Of a stretch of DNA of 20,564 nucleotides, positions 20,467-20,564 are shown piece by piece. Each line of letters opens with the position of its first letter. Positions within the stretch are counted from its first letter, which is position 1. The notes under the pieces are model-generated. The model had not been told where the DNA came from and did no database searches. It saw nothing but the letters and a program-made list of their open reading frames with translations. The DNA lies in assembly GCA_029717555.1 (NCBI GenBank), contig JAMDHS010000035.1, positions 186,001 to 206,564 on the forward strand. The letters are read 5' to 3'. Made by a program: the position numbers and the translations under genes. The stretch is from Peribolospora baueri. Its lineage: Eukaryota.

Positions 20467-20564
20467 TTAGGGTTAGGGTTAGGGTTAGGGTTAGGGTTAG
20501 GGTTAGGGTTAGGGTTAGGGTTAGGGTTAGGGTTAGGGTTAGGGTTAGGGTTAGGGTTAGGGTT
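20467..20564 (+). repeat. Telomeric repeat array (TTAGGG)16 plus TT; chromosome end
   Basis: Perfect TTAGGG units to the end of the window, G-rich strand running 5'->3' toward the end. Confidence 0.99.

Overview
Right end of a fungal chromosome, probably a GC-rich basidiomycete (inferred from short GT-AG introns with GTGAGT/GTGCGT/GTACGC donors), ending in a (TTAGGG)n telomere at 20467-20564. Left part: a spliced minus-strand Cdc15/SepH-type STE kinase gene with a calponin-homology (CH) domain, a kinase domain and a C1 domain (ATG 4798, runs off the left edge), preceded by about 5.5 kb of microsatellite-rich non-coding DNA. From about 10.4 kb the subtelomere is a mosaic of broken genes: an NLR (NACHT/HET-E-like) fragment cut by the 3' LTR of a chromodomain-bearing Ty3/Gypsy remnant; a 5'-truncated divergent succinyl-CoA-ligase-beta pseudogene fused to that remnant; an APH-family phosphotransferase with an in-frame stop; and other spliced relics, one apparently cut by the telomere itself. 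Only two subtelomeric genes look intact, and they form a convergent pair within 3 kb of the telomere: an intronless, stand-alone class I aminoacyl-tRNA-synthetase-like catalytic domain (class I LysRS-like, no anticodon domain, N-myristoylation motif) and a small ASCH/PUA-like protein with an NLS-like tail. This pair is the best candidate for an undescribed system. All family calls are from manual motif recognition; no database search was run.
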